From Chrysomallon squamiferum (Eukaryota > Animalia > Mollusca): a stretch of 64,000 nucleotides of DNA. Of this stretch, positions 43,699 through 59,018 are shown in pieces (the first letter of the stretch is position 1; each line of letters starts with the position of its first letter). The notes under the pieces were generated by a model. That model ran no database searches, was not told where the DNA came from, and was given only the letters and a program-made list of their open reading frames with translations. A program made the translations under genes and the position numbers. The stretch lies in NCBI GenBank assembly GCA_012295275.1, contig CM022675.1, positions 6,510,001-6,574,000 of the forward strand, read 5' to 3'.

Positions 43699-44211
43699 AA
43701 ATAATAAATAAATAAATAAATAAATAAATAAAATAAAATCAAGTTTAATAAATACAAAAATCTGGTTTTCGTAAAATGAATTCATTAGACATTAACATAA
43801 TCTATTACGGTTTTGTTTCACGTGATTTTAAATGTTTGTTTGTTTATGATTTCAGTGTATTTGAAAATTTATGTTATTACGTGGTAAATATTTTTTGGTA
43901 GTTGTTTTGTGATTCTTAATTTTAGTTTTAAGTTGCTTTTTTTGATGTTTTTTTTTTTGTTGTGGGGTTTGGCTTTTTTTGTTTTTATGTTATTATTTGT
44001 TTTTAAAAATTTTTTTTTTTTTGGCGTTGTTGTTTTTATTTATTTATTTATTTTAAAGTTGTTTTTTTTAATTAATTAATTTACTGTTGTTGCAGTTGTT
44101 ATTATAATTATTACATTTAATGTTATTAATATTATTATTATTATTACTACTACTACTGCTACTACTGCTGCTACTACTACCACTGTTATTATTATTACTA
44201 TTAATTACTGT

Positions 44212-44269
<58 letters not shown>

Positions 44270-44561
44270 GAGCTTCATGATTACATTTTTTTTCTTTTAT
44301 TGAGAACAACCACGATTTCAGTAACAATACAGAAATATCCTGGTCATAAGACACATAAAAATGTTTCAAGCCAAACTCAAACAAAGACGTCACACAGTAG
44401 CTTTCATAATAAAAAGCTTTCTAAATGGTCCGAGCAATGTTTTCTGAATTTTGCTTAACAGCTTTCAGTCGTTATCTTTCTGATCACAATCTGTTTCAGT
44501 GTTAGGTCAAAATAATAAAACGAAAACAATAAAATAAATGGAAATTGTTCTGTCCCTTTAT

Positions 44562-44766
<205 letters not shown>

Positions 44767-45202
44767 ATGTTTGTGAATATATCTTTTTCTATCTGTGTGC
44801 CTATGTCTGTCTGTAAGTCATCGGTCTGTATGTCTGATTGTCGTATATCTCAGTATATGATAAATAAAACTGATATTTATAAATGATATTTATATGTGTA
44901 TCCTCTCGAGCACTGAATAATATCTGAGCTGACGTAGTGGCTATAGCGACAATCGCTGGCGAAGAGTCAGCAATACCAAGAACTGTCAAGAGACAAATAC
45001 TTTCAAATTTATAATTTCAAATAATAAATATTTACATACTGTTTCGGAAACCTTCACCTCTTATCAAAAGCATAATCCGTCCTTGTTCTGACATTTTCTT
45101 TCTTTTTCGTGTCTGCTCCTATGTTTTTCTCCTGATTTCTGTAGGTCGCCTTCTGCCATTTTTCCCTTTGATTTTTTTCTCGTTCTTTTTCTTTATATGT
45201 AC

Positions 45203-45332
<130 letters not shown>

Positions 45333-46940
45333 CCTCTCCCTCCCTCCCTCCCTCTCCTCTCTGTCTGTCTGTCTGGTCTTTGTCTGTATGTACTCTCTCT
45401 CTATCAAAAACAAATCCAAAATTCTCTCTCTCCCCTGTTTCTTGTATGTAAAAAAAACAAATCAGACGCACCTGTTCTGAAACCATTAAGAAGTAACCTT
45501 AATCGACGATTCTGTTTTTATATGTGTGTTGTTGGGTTGATGTTTTTTTTTGTTGTTCTTTTTTATCCTTTTGATATGAAAATTCAGGACGAAACTATTT
45601 TGTTGATATTTGTTATGGGCAATTACTCATACAAGCATGCAAACGGAAAACGCGATTAATTGAACGTTGGTTGTCAGTTGGATTAATTTAATAATGCAAT
45701 AAGCATGTATGGGATCATAAAAGTAAACAAACTTCATATGAATAAAATACGTGTCTGAAAACAACAGATGGGGAAAAATAACAACAACAACAACAACAAC
45801 TGCTGCTACAAAGAAAAAGGCGGCTGCGAATTCATTATCGCCTTGCTGTTTTCTTAATCAGAAGTAGATTGCGCATGTCTTTAAAGAATAGTTCCGGTTG
45901 ACTGAACACACTCATACAGAAATGTAGAGACAGATGTACAGACGGTGCATTCGTACCTACACACATGTAATACACACGTATGCACACACAAATACATATG
46001 TATATGTACATGTATACATATATACATACATACATACATACATACGTACGTACGTATAGACAGACATACAAAAAGAAACATACGTACATCATAGACAGAC
46101 AGACAGAGAAAGATACAAAAGGCGAACATACATAGATATGTACATAAATATTTAAATACATACATTCATACACACATACCCATACGTACACATACACGTA
46201 TACACACATAAAAACATACACACACGAATACACACATACACACACAACCAGACACACACCTACACACACACACACACAACCAGACACACACCTACACACA
46301 CACACACACAACCAGACACACACCTACACACACCTTAGCAACTCCGGGAGACACAGAATCATGAATTTATTATACTAAAGATTGTTTTGGATTTTTTTTT
46401 TTTTTTTTTTTTTCAGAAACACGAACCTAAGAAGCTAATCATGTTTGTTCAGATCATTCACGAAAATCTCCGTAAATATACAAGCTATGGACACCTCAGT
46501 GATATAAAACTTACGTCATAAATAATACGAATAGCCACGTATCTGAGTATCCTGCCAAGTGTGACGTAAAACGTGTATCTACGAGGAGGGTCACAAATAT
46601 ATCAGAACATACACTAATTTACGATATTAAACGGAGCTGTAGTGTTAATATTGACAGAGTTGCAAAACTCATAAATTTCTATTTCCAGATTTCAATTAAA
46701 AATCCCAGAGAATTAATACCGTGTTCATTACACCAGTGGAGTCCAATATGCAATGCAGATTATTATTTCCCATTAGCAGTGTTTCCTGCATTGTGTCTGC
46801 ATCGTTTGCTTGGATTAATAACTTGTATAGATGTGTACTGGAATATTTAATTACGCTGGCAAGCCGAATAAACAGTCATTTTTGTATGCGTTGTAAATTT
46901 TGAAAATGTTGTGTATTGGAAGTAGTTTTGTTTCGTAATT

Positions 46941-47169
<229 letters not shown>

Positions 47170-48740
47170 TATATCTGTCTGTTTGTCTCGTTCTCTTTCT
47201 GATATATTTCTGTCTATTTGAATCTGCCTGTTTCCCTGTCTCTCTCTGTGTCTCTATTTGCATGTCTCTTTCTGTGTGTCTCTCTGTGTGTCTCTCTGTC
47301 CATCTATTTCTGTGTCTTTGTCCATCTGCCTCATCTCTCTCCCTCTCTTTTTCTGATTCTCCCACTCTCTGTCTTTCACTTACAACTCACTAACTAAAGG
47401 CTACGGCATGTGTTTTCCTGTTTAAAGGAAGGTACACATAAAACATTCCTTACTGCTAATTGAAAAAAAAAAAAAAAAAAACAAAACAAAGTTGCCCACA
47501 ATGACTCTGGCAGATTTCCTCTCAATATCTCAATTCTTACTTAAACAAACGTTTAAAGACATATTACCTTGAATTAAAAAATGGGATATAATTATAAAAC
47601 ATGAATTTTTTTTTTTTTTTTTTTTTTTAAATGTTTGGCTGCTAAATCAAAAAGAACAAGTCATCCTCTTGGATAAAAGTTTGGAATGTGTGATTAAATA
47701 AATCAATAATTTTTGAAAAAAAGATACTTACTGTTAAATCGAAAAAAACAAAAAAAAAAAAAAACATATCTAAACATATCATTACAAGCATTACTCGCAA
47801 AAACGACTTAGAATATGTCATTAAATAAACCAAAGCTTTTTCAAAACAAGATCCCTTTCTTCTAAATCGAAAAGCAACAAACAAAAAACTAACGCATGGT
47901 ATAAGTATCACAGCAAAGAGTACTGAGTTAAAACCGTTTAAAATGAGCTGCTACATAAAACAGTTCTTCCTTCCTATTCCAACAACTTCAGCTTCTGGTT
48001 CTGACGTTTCCACGAGGCGATCTAGTGTTATGGTCTCCTCACTGTTAATTTAATCTGGCCTGTATCACTTGGCAGTGAAAGGAAGACACATAAAGCAGGC
48101 CAGATGTTAATTAAGTTCGCCGAGGCCATGCCAGGCGTGCTTGCTGCTCAGGAAGGCGAGAAAAGATCGCTGAGTCCATTGCCATAGAAACACTAAAATG
48201 GCTGGTAAATGATGCATTTTATGTTTTCGTACTAAGTGACATTGGTCAATATGTTTTTTTTTTTAATTTTTAATTTTTTTATTGTTGTTTGTTTTGGACT
48301 TTATTTGTATTCTGGTTCTTTCTGTTTTCTTTTTTTCATTTACTAAAATTGTCTTTCTTTTTTTCTTCTTCTTGTTAGTTTTAATTAATCCTCTAAATTA
48401 ATACTGTCATGACTGGGCGAACGAGAGGCAAGTATGTTATCTGTCTGTGTGTCTCTCTGTCTGTTTAATCCAACTATCTGGACAATTCTGTGGGGGAAAG
48501 GATGAGAGTGTTTCGACCCTCTTAGGTGCTTGTTTCAATATCTATGGCCTGCATTTCAAACAAGGATATAAAAAAAATGCAGATCGAAAAATCCCTTTCC
48601 CAAAATTCTCAGTATGTGTCATACAGCCCACGTTGTCTCTTACTACTTATGTCTCTCTGTTTCTCTGTCTCTCTCTCAGGAGATATATCTGTCTTTCTAT
48701 GTATCTATCTAGCTAAAAGTCTACCTAACTATTTGTCTAA

Positions 48741-48793
48741 ATACGTATCTGTCTGTCTGCCTATCTGTATATCTATCTCTATCTATCTATCTA

Positions 48794-48825
<32 letters not shown>

Positions 48826-48993
48826 CCTACCCATCTATCTATCTATCTATCTATCTATCTGTCTACCTATCTATCTATCTATCTATCTGTCTGTCTTTCT
48901 ATCTGTCTGTCTATCTACCCATCTAGCTATCTTTCTGTCTGTCTTTCTATCTGTCTGTAAACCCATCTGTCTGTCTGTTTGCCTGTCTGTATC

Positions 48994-49025
<32 letters not shown>

Positions 49026-49060
49026 GCTGCATGTCTGTTTGTCTGTCTGTCAGTCTGCAT
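48741..49060. repeat. (CTAT)n/(CTGT)n compound tetranucleotide repeat
   Basis: Direct reading. Confidence 0.95.
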
Positions 49061-50045
49061 CCATTCCTCCTTCCATCCATCCTTCTACCAAACTGTTTAA
49101 CATTAACACTACCATACACAAACACAAGAAACAGGCCTTCTGCTTCGTGTAACATGGTTCCAAATGGCTGACTAACTGTATGACAATGACGTATCATAGA
49201 GGATTAATAAATAATCGTTACTGAACGATATCCAATAGCAAACAGAGTCTAGACACGAAGTTTACATTTGTGGTCATGATACTGTACATAATGTGATAAA
49301 TAATATAGGTTACGTCCGATCCGAACAAACTCTGAGTCAGTAATGTGATATTATTTTCCGTGTTCTGTCAAATATTTATACGATTTGGCAGCAGCTGATT
49401 GCAGTTGAGAACGAGCTAGTTACAAAGATCGATCATTTTCGGTCTTTCTATTGGCTATTTCCCGTTCCTGCCGGGTCTCCGCGAAGCGCTCTGTATGCGC
49501 TTTCCTACACACGTGTAAATAATTTCTTTTTGCTGTCAAGTAAAATAATCATCGCCTCTTATTAATTAATTATCCTTAAGTTCGTTAACAAAATTTAATT
49601 ATGACGTCATAGAGCAGTTAAAATATCTCTTTTCTCTCCCCCCCTTTTTTTTCAGTTGTTGAACTTTGACCAAACTTCTGTTTCTGAGTAACGATATTAT
49701 GACGTAAGGATAGTTTAAAAGCTGGGATTTCCGAGAATTCAATCTCTGGCGAAAGTTAGTGACATCTAATGTGCAACTACGAGAAAGAGGTTGGCAGTTA
49801 ACGAAACAAGAAAATCAACTTGTCGTCGATCCTCAAACCTATGAAGTTTATCGTAAGAGGTTCTTATCTTAAGTCAATTTTGCCACCTATGATTTTTATA
49901 TATATATACATACATATACATACACACATACATACACGTATGCACACACGCACACACGCACATCTTTACGTCATTTAGGAAGCCAAGAATAGATGGTGTC
50001 GTCAGATAGCACAATGTCTACATAAAACAGATTAAAGTTTGGCAA

Positions 50046-50112
<67 letters not shown>

Positions 50113-50809
50113 GGGAAACTCCGAAAAGAACAGCAATAGCAACAACAACACGAAAATAACACGAAAACAATAATGATAATTTATATAAGAACTATAATCC
50201 TAAAAATATTAACGTGAAAGTAATGGCTGTTCATATCAAAGACAAACACTACTACTCTTTTCTCTTCTCTACTTCAGTTTAAAAAAAAAAAGAATCACAA
50301 CCTATACAAATATTTACATAAACATAGTATCAGTTTAAACTTCGGCTTTAACGACGTACAACAGTAATTTTCTAGTAGTTCTGGGGACATGTTTGTATAA
50401 CGAGCTTTGTTTTTGCGAAATTCATCAAGACCATATCAATGCAATGACGATCGATGAACTTTTCATCACTTCACCGTTGAATGAAGCCACAATCTAATCA
50501 CAGTTCCAAGAGGTCAAAACGATGTTAAAGCCTCGCTCTCTTAGATGTTAACTTACTGGTATAATAAATCATTAAGTCGTCAACTGCGGTGTTGGATGCT
50601 AAGTTAAGGTTAGACGCGGTCTCACATCTCACATCTTTATTTCACTTGACTGTGCTGCTGTTGTTGTCCTCGAGAATCTTTTAATGTTCTCGTGGGTCTT
50701 GTTAATATTTCTAAATGCTAAAATCCTTTGTCCTTGTGGGGCAGAACAAACTTGACGTAGTTCAGTAACAATTAGTTTGAGTACATTGTGTATTTTCTCT
50801 AAGACAAGA

Positions 50810-50918
<109 letters not shown>

Positions 50919-51086
50919 TGAATGATAGTTCAGTCTAAGAACGATCGAAGGACAGAGAAACAAAGAACAAAAATAGGAATGCTCCAATCAGAGACATAAG
51001 GTGAACGAATCAGAGAATAAAAAGGAGAAACGAACAAATATAAATAGTGAACGATAGAAAATAACATAATGATAGAATAAAAAAAA

Positions 51087-51131
<45 letters not shown>

Positions 51132-51260
51132 CAATAATAATAATAACAACAATAATAAATAATAATAACAACAACAACAACAACAACAACAACAATTGAT
51201 AACGTGAGACAACGTCAAATGTTTTATTACAAATTTCACCGACGCAAAACAACAAAATAA

Positions 51261-51995
51261 CACCGTGCTACTCTGAATCTGATAACACTGCACACCGCGC
51301 TACTCTGAATCTGATAACACTGCGCACCGCGCTACTCTGAATCTGATAACACTGCGCACCGCGCTACTCTGAATCTGATAACACTGCACCGCGCTACCTG
51401 AATCTGATAACACTGCGCACCGCGCTACTCTGAATCTGATAACACTACGCACCGCGCTACTCTGAATCTGATAACACTGCACACCGCGCTACTCTGAATC
51501 TGATAACACTGCGCACCGCGCTACTCTGAATCTGATAACACTGCGCACCGCGCTACTCTGAATCTGATAACACTGCGCACCGCGCTACTCTGAGTCTGAT
51601 AACACTACGCACCGCGCTACTCTGAAGCTGATAACACTACGCACCGCGCTACTCTGAAGCTGATAACACTACGCACCGCGCTACTCTGAATCTGATAACA
51701 CTACGCACCGCGCTACTCTTAATCTGATAACACTGCGCACCGCGCTACTCTGAATCTGATAACACTACGCACCGTCTACTCTTAATCTGATAACACTGCG
51801 CACCGCGCTACTCTGAATCTGATAACACTACGTACCGCGCTACTCTGAATCTGATAACACTGCGCACCGTCTACTCTTAATCTGATAACACTGCGCACCG
51901 CGCTACTCTGAATCTGATAACACTGCGCACCGCGCTACTCTGAGTCTGATAACACTGCGCACCGCGTTACTCGGAATCTCTGATAATCACCGCGG
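51261..51995. repeat. 32-bp minisatellite, ~23 copies
   Basis: Unit CACCGCGCTACTCTGAATCTGATAACACT(G/A)CG, head-to-tail (51261, 51293, ...), no spacers. Confidence 0.97.
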
Positions 51996-52188
51996 CTTTA
52001 GTCCGACGTGCTGACTGTCTGTTCCAGCAGGGCTTCTGTCCAGTAAGTAATGAGCACGTGAACACGAAGAGGACTTCCCTTTAATTGTCAGCGTGATTTG
52101 TGGTGTGAAGATCTTCTTGTCATCTTCACAGACTCGGGTGACAATGATGGATGACATTTTTCAACAGCTTACTCATGTATGCAATACA

Positions 52189-52565
52189 AGTAATATTACT
52201 TACATATTCGTTAGAAGTGATATTACTTACATGTTCGTTATACGTAATGCTATTTGCATGTTCGTTATAAGTAATGCTATTTGCATGTTCGTTATAAGTA
52301 ATATTATTTACCTGTTCGTTGTAAGTAATATTATTTATATATTCGTTATAAGTAATGTTATTTGCATATTCGTTATATGTAATATTATTTACCTATTCGT
52401 TGTAAGTAATGTTATTTGCATATTCGTTATAATTTATATTATTTACATATTCGTTATAAGTAATATTATGTACCTGTTTGTTATAAGTAATATTATTTAC
52501 ATATTCGTTATAAGTAATATTATGTACCTGTTTGTTATAAGTAATATTATTTACCTTTTTGCTAA
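52189..52565. repeat. 27-bp AT-rich minisatellite, ~14 degenerate copies
   Basis: Unit AGTAATATTATTTACATATTCGTTATA. It produces the 9-aa periodicity of ORF 52093..52569. Confidence 0.92.
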
Positions 52566-53214
52566 TTAACACCTGTTATCGTTCGCAGACTCCGAAAGAA
52601 AGATGAAATAGAAAAACTGTCAGAGATGCCTTTGTTAACCTAACGAAGTTTGCTGCTAACGTATTGTTGTGTACGCGCGCGCGCGCGAGTTTGTATATTT
52701 GTGAGTGTGTGTGTGTCTGTATGTGTGGATGTATGGATAAAAGCATGTACGTACGTAAGAAAGTATGTCTTTAGGAATAAATATTATGTTGTCGTATGCA
52801 TGTGTAATTAGACTGAACATAGACAGAACTCGGGAACGCACTGGCGCAGGAGGACAAAGTCCAATCACGACCTCTATGACGTCAAATGCTGATGACGAAT
52901 TATCGAATGTTTTGCGTCAGTTCACGCGCACTCCAAAGGCAAACGACAAAACCCCTCAACTACCGAGACAACTTTCAAAATGTGCTGGGTAATCGAGGGT
53001 AATCATCGCTTCCAACGAAGTACGCCGATCTTTAGTCACTTTTGCATTCGTTTATTTTCGTCAGAAGTCTGGTATTGGCAGGTGCATGTTTAGAAATAAA
53101 TATTTTATTGTCATATGCAAATCTGATTAGACTCTGCACATAGAAACTATTCGGGAATGCACTGGCACAAGGTGACAAAGTCCAGTTCAATGAATCTACG
53201 CATGTGTATATATA

Positions 53215-54082
53215 CAGTATACCCTCACCTATTCGCGGTTCTCCATTCGCGGCCCCGCATATTCGCGGGTTAGGCTCTTAACCCTATCGCATCGTATGCT
53301 GGTATACCAGGCTAGCGTCATAACGTCATAAAAACAAATGCTCGGTAAACCGGGTTTTTGTAGGTCATAGAGACTTAAGTGCCTGAAGAGTAGGAATAAT
53401 TACCTAAAGTGCTGTAAAGCAGCAGCTAAGCTGTGCCATACTGTACATTAGTGTTATCATCATCATCGTACGGCACTGCAAATGTCATCATCATTTTATT
53501 ATCATTCATTATTGGTGACAGCACAAACAATATCAAATTTTTTCAATTATTATTGAAATACAGTACGTATTTTTTTATAAATGCATACACTGTATGTACA
53601 GTGCATATTTTTTGTGACCGTGTATTAATAACGTTTTTAATTGCATATTATTACTGAATTGTATTATTATTACCTGAACTGTGCGTACTGTATTTATCTG
53701 TCTGTTTGCCTTTAAATTTGTTCCACTTTCTGTCAATTCTAATACATATGTTGTACGCATAGAAAATGACTTTACGGTACAGTAATACTGTATGGGTAAC
53801 TATGCTATGAGGTGTTACTGTCCTCCTGCACTTACGTTTCTTTCTGATTAAAATATTGTTTCAGTACAAAATTAAAATGTGTTTACATTATCATTACTAC
53901 ATTAGTGAAATACATAACTGCATGCAATATTACTACATTATTACTGTATTAATGAGTAAGAGTGTCTTTAGAAAGTGTTTGGGAAGCATTTAGTACCGTA
54001 TATAATCTCATAATAGACGTTTTAAAACTGCATCCAATATTCGCGGTTTTTCGCTATTCGCGGGGGTTACGTTCTTTACCTG
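53215..54082 (+). mobile_element. Non-autonomous Tigger/pogo-type (Tc1/mariner superfamily) DNA transposon, copy 1
   Basis: TA|CAGTATACCCTCACCTATTCGCGG start, subterminal ATTCGCG repeats, end ...CTG|TA with the right TIR largely deleted. Homologous along its length to 56129-56768 in inverted orientation. No transposase ORF. Confidence 0.85.
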
Positions 54083-55131
54083 TATTTCTGTTTTCGTTCT
54101 TGAATTGAAAAAATATTTCTAGAAAATATTTCATTTTCAATTCAATTTTTTATTATTTAACTTTTTTCAAAATTTATTATTATCTGTTATTATCCTTCTA
54201 ATTTTGCTTTCTTTTCATTTATTAATCTTTAATCTTTTCTTTCTATTTTTTTTGATACTTTTTTAATTAATTAATTAATTAATTAATTTATTGTTGTTGT
54301 TGTTCTTTGATTTTTATTTTATTTTATTTTATTTTATTTTCATGACATTTTATGTTTTATGATTTTTAATTATTATTATTATTATTATTTTGGTTGGCAA
54401 AGGGAGATAATTCAAACTAGTCAGTTGCTAAATTGCATGTCGTGAGAGAAACACAGTTTAACGTTTTATGAACATCACTGAAAGATAAAACAATGCAATG
54501 AGAGGAACGGGAAATAACGCTATTATCATGGAAATGGTTGTTGAGTGGAAAAAAAAACAAAAAAATGTAATTATCGTAAAAATGTTTTCATTAGCTATCA
54601 GGCCCATTTAATGTGGAGGAATATAAAATATGATAAAAATAAATTAAAGCAATAAAATGAAACAGATATAAAACAAGGATATAAAACAAATATCTCACAG
54701 ATTCATTATGTGTAGAATAATAAAAATGAAAAAAAAAAAAAAAAAAATGGCAATGAAAAATAATAAACGCCTTTTCTGATTAAACAACAACAGTTAAAAA
54801 ACGATACGAAACATATAAAAAAACCAACAAACGAAAAACAATCGAACAAATAAAAAAAAAAAAAAAAAAAAAAAAATAAAAAAAAAAAGAAGAAGAAGAA
54901 GAGAGAAAAAACCAAATAAATAAATAAATAAACGAAAAAACAAATAAATGAATGAATAAACCTGTAAGTAAATAGATATGTTACTAATGCAACAAATAAA
55001 GAACGAATCAAAGAAATAACAAACAGACAAAAAAAAAAAAAAAAATACAAATCAGACAGATAAGCAAATAACTTTAAAAAAAGCAATGAACTCACACGGA
55101 ACTAATTCTGCTTCGCGCTCTTTCAACATGC

Positions 55132-55208
55132 CGATAATCGTGATATCGATTATCTCTTACAACGTATCGATAATCGTGATATCGATTATCTGTTACAACG
55201 TATCGATA
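55132..55208. repeat. 36-bp tandem duplication with an internal inverted repeat
   Basis: CGATAATCGTGATATCGATTATCT(C/G)TTACAACGTAT at 55132 and 55168. Arms are GATAATCG/CGATTATC. Confidence 0.9.
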
Positions 55209-55350
55209 CTCGTTTTAACGGCGGCAAATAAAATGTTCCACTGAGGCTTTTATTTGCATGTTGGCACTCGGCAGTGAAACGGAGAATGACTTCATTTGTG
55301 TTTAATGACAGTTCAACATATTTTTTGTGTTTTGTTTCTCAGGCACAGAT

Positions 55351-55514
<164 letters not shown>

Positions 55515-56128
55515 GGATCACTGACGTGAAATAAATCATTTAAAATTTGAGAGTTACAGAAAAGAAGCGGAAAGTACGATCAATATTGACAAACAAAATT
55601 CAATTTGCGCATCATCTCTAAAACAACAGCCAAACAATTTAAATTATTCTCTCGTCGTTTCTCAACAATTTCACGTTTCTCAAAATAAATTTAAATACAA
55701 CAGTGTAGTAAAAGATTTAAATGTGCGCGTATATCTATGACATTCAAACATTACATACATTTGCAGATAGAAACATCATACATAGTGGAACATCTACATA
55801 TATACAGATCAATATATATATATATATGCATTCATTCATACATGCATACTATACATGTTTATATATATGCCTAAATCTATAACCACCGATTGCAAATTAA
55901 TATAAAAATATTCAGAAACCTATACAGACATGAACCTAAATTAAAAAAAAAGAAAAAAAGAGAAAGTAATTTATTTTTCGAAATCCGTACAAATTAATTT
56001 TAACAGAACATACTGGAAATTCTCTGTAAATGTGATTGCGTTTTCTGATCCTGAAATTGTTTTTAATCCAATCGTATTGGGGAAAAAAATCGGTTTGACG
56101 TGATCCGTATAAAAAAAATATATATATA

Positions 56129-56768
56129 CAGTATTCCCTCGCTATTCGCGGGGGTTACGTTCTTTACCCCCCCGCGAATAGCGAAAAACCGCGAATATTG
56201 GATACAGTTTTAAAACGTCTATTATGAGATTATATACGGTACTAAATGCTTCCCAAACACTTTCTAAAGACACTCTTACTCATTAATACAGTAATAATGT
56301 AGTAATATTGCATGCAGTTATGTATTTCACTAATGTAGTAATGATAATGTAAACACATTTTAATTTTGTACTGAAACAATATTTTAATCAGAAAGAAACG
56401 TTTAACACCGCATAGACAGTAACCCATACTGTATTACTGCAAAAGTCATTTTCTATGTAAACATATGTATTAGAATTGACAGAAAGTTTTAAAGGCAAAA
56501 CAGACAGATAAATACATCCACAGTTCAGGTAAAATATGCAATTTTATTAATACAAAAAATATGCACTGTATATACAGTGTATGCATTTATAAAAAAAATA
56601 CGTACTGTATTGCAATAATAATTGAAAAAATTTGATATTGTTTGTGCGGTTTACCGAGCATTTGTTTTTATGACGTTATGACGCTAGCCTGGTATACCAG
56701 CATACGATGCGATATGGTTAAGAGCCTAACCCGCGAATGGGGAACCGCGAATAGGTGAGGGTATACTG
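56129..56768 (-). mobile_element. Non-autonomous Tigger/pogo-type MITE, copy 2 (640 bp)
   Basis: Imperfect TIRs CAGTATTCCCTCGCTATTCGCG / CGCGAATAGGTGAGGGTATACTG, flanked by TA on both sides, with a terminal hairpin. The terminus layout resembles MER2/MER8-type Tigger derivatives (from recall). Internally deleted relative to copy 1. Confidence 0.9.
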
Positions 56769-57138
56769 TATTTATTTATTTAACGAAGGTGAAGCTTATT
56801 TAAGAACACTTTCTCACGGAAATGTTGGCTGGTAAATAAAAAAAGAAGAAGAAGAAAAAACGTCTGTTACCCCAGACATCATAGAGCTTATTACGAAAGG
56901 CATTAATACCAGACATTGCTGTTTGTCTATCCAACAGGTTTTTCGTCATTTAATGCATTTGGCAATCACGGAAAGTAAAGTTATCCAGAGGTTTATTTGA
57001 TTGAAAAGTAGATCCTACACACAGACAAACAGCTGTTCTCTCAGAATCACGGTTTTCTAGATTTTACTTTTTATTGTGCCTGCTGTTACGTAATGTTTCA
57101 TTTGGGATTTGATGTAATACCGGTGATAACTGAGGCTT

Positions 57139-57280
<142 letters not shown>

Positions 57281-57917
57281 TGAGTAATTGAAAAGATAAC
57301 GAGAAAAAGAAAACGAAAAAACATAAGATCAAGAACAAGAATAAAATAATGATGATGAAAAAGTTGAGAAAGAACAACAAGATGATGATCATGATAAAAT
57401 AAAAAGATGATGATGATGATGATAAAAAAGAAAAAGGTAATAATGATGATAAAACTATAAAAGAATTATGATGAACAAAAGAAAATCAAGAATAAATGAG
57501 GAAGAAAAAGAAAAGGAAGTAAATTAAAAAAAACAACAAAAAAAAAAACAAACAAACACAGCAAGAAAAGATAAAAATGTTGAAGAAAAAGAATAAGATA
57601 ATGATATTTATGAAAAAAGTTCAAGCAAACAGACGATATAAAAAAAAAAAAAAGCGACAAAAAAAGTTAAATGGATATTAACTCACGTCGGTACAAAAAG
57701 TCCAAAACTGACATTGATAATGTGTTTATTTATTAAGTTATTTTATTTTATTTTATTATTTTGCGAGGGGGGGGGTTTATAGACTCATAGTTAATTAAAT
57801 TAAAAAGTGAAACGAGTAAATTATGATATTTTATTATATCAAGTACTGTTTTGATGATGAAATAACAAACAACAAAATCAAGAAAGGAATGAATAAATGC
57901 ATAAAAGCACAAAAGCA

Positions 57918-57956
<39 letters not shown>

Positions 57957-58014
57957 AGCAAAAAATGCATAAATAAAATAAAATATAATAAAACACAACA
58001 AACAAACAAACAAA

Positions 58015-58081
<67 letters not shown>

Positions 58082-58932
58082 CCAAATAAATAAATCAATA
58101 AAACTGAATTAAATCAGACAATATATTTCATGGGGGAATTGTAACCTATATTTTACCCGAACCGATTCCTTGTTTTTTTTTGTTTTGTTTTTTTCTTCTT
58201 CTTATTAACGAAACTCATTTAATTTTCTGAAAACATCAACTCGATTTCTGAGTTTAATTAAAAAAAAAAAAAAAAAAAGAAACGAAAAGAATCTCAACTT
58301 CTAAAATTGATGTTAGCAATGAATTACAGCACAAAAGGAAAGCGACTGTTTTTCAAATTAAATTGTTTATCCTGTTCCAAAACGAGCCCAAAAACGCGTT
58401 GCAAAAAGAGAAGTTTGTTTTTTCTCTCACATTCTATCAAGCTTGTTCTTGTTGTTTCAATATTTCTCGCCAAATAAAATGATATGCAGTGACTGATGAT
58501 GTTAACAGACACGACAGCAACGTCACTGATTCAGTCGACGAAAAACTTCAGTTGCAGTTTAAGCATCGCGTCGAAAAAGCCTCATTTCTGTCCGTTTGTC
58601 CGTTTTTCTGTGTGTCTGTCCGTCTGTGTTTGTCTGTGTTACTGATACACGAATACAGTCTCTCCAAATATTTATTATTATTATTATTATTATTGTTATT
58701 ATTGTTATTATTATTGTTGTTATTGTTGTTGTTATTATTATTATTGTTGTTATTATTATTATTACTGTTTTTATTATTTTTATTTTTGTTGCTGTTGTTA
58801 TTGTTGTTGTTGTTGTCGTCGTCGTTATTATTATTATCATCATCAACTCTCTGAACCTTTCACAACTTTATCTAATTACGGTTTTAATTTTTTTCGTTTT
58901 CAAATATTTCAGCAATAAGTGGGGAAGACAAT

Positions 58933-59018
<86 letters not shown>

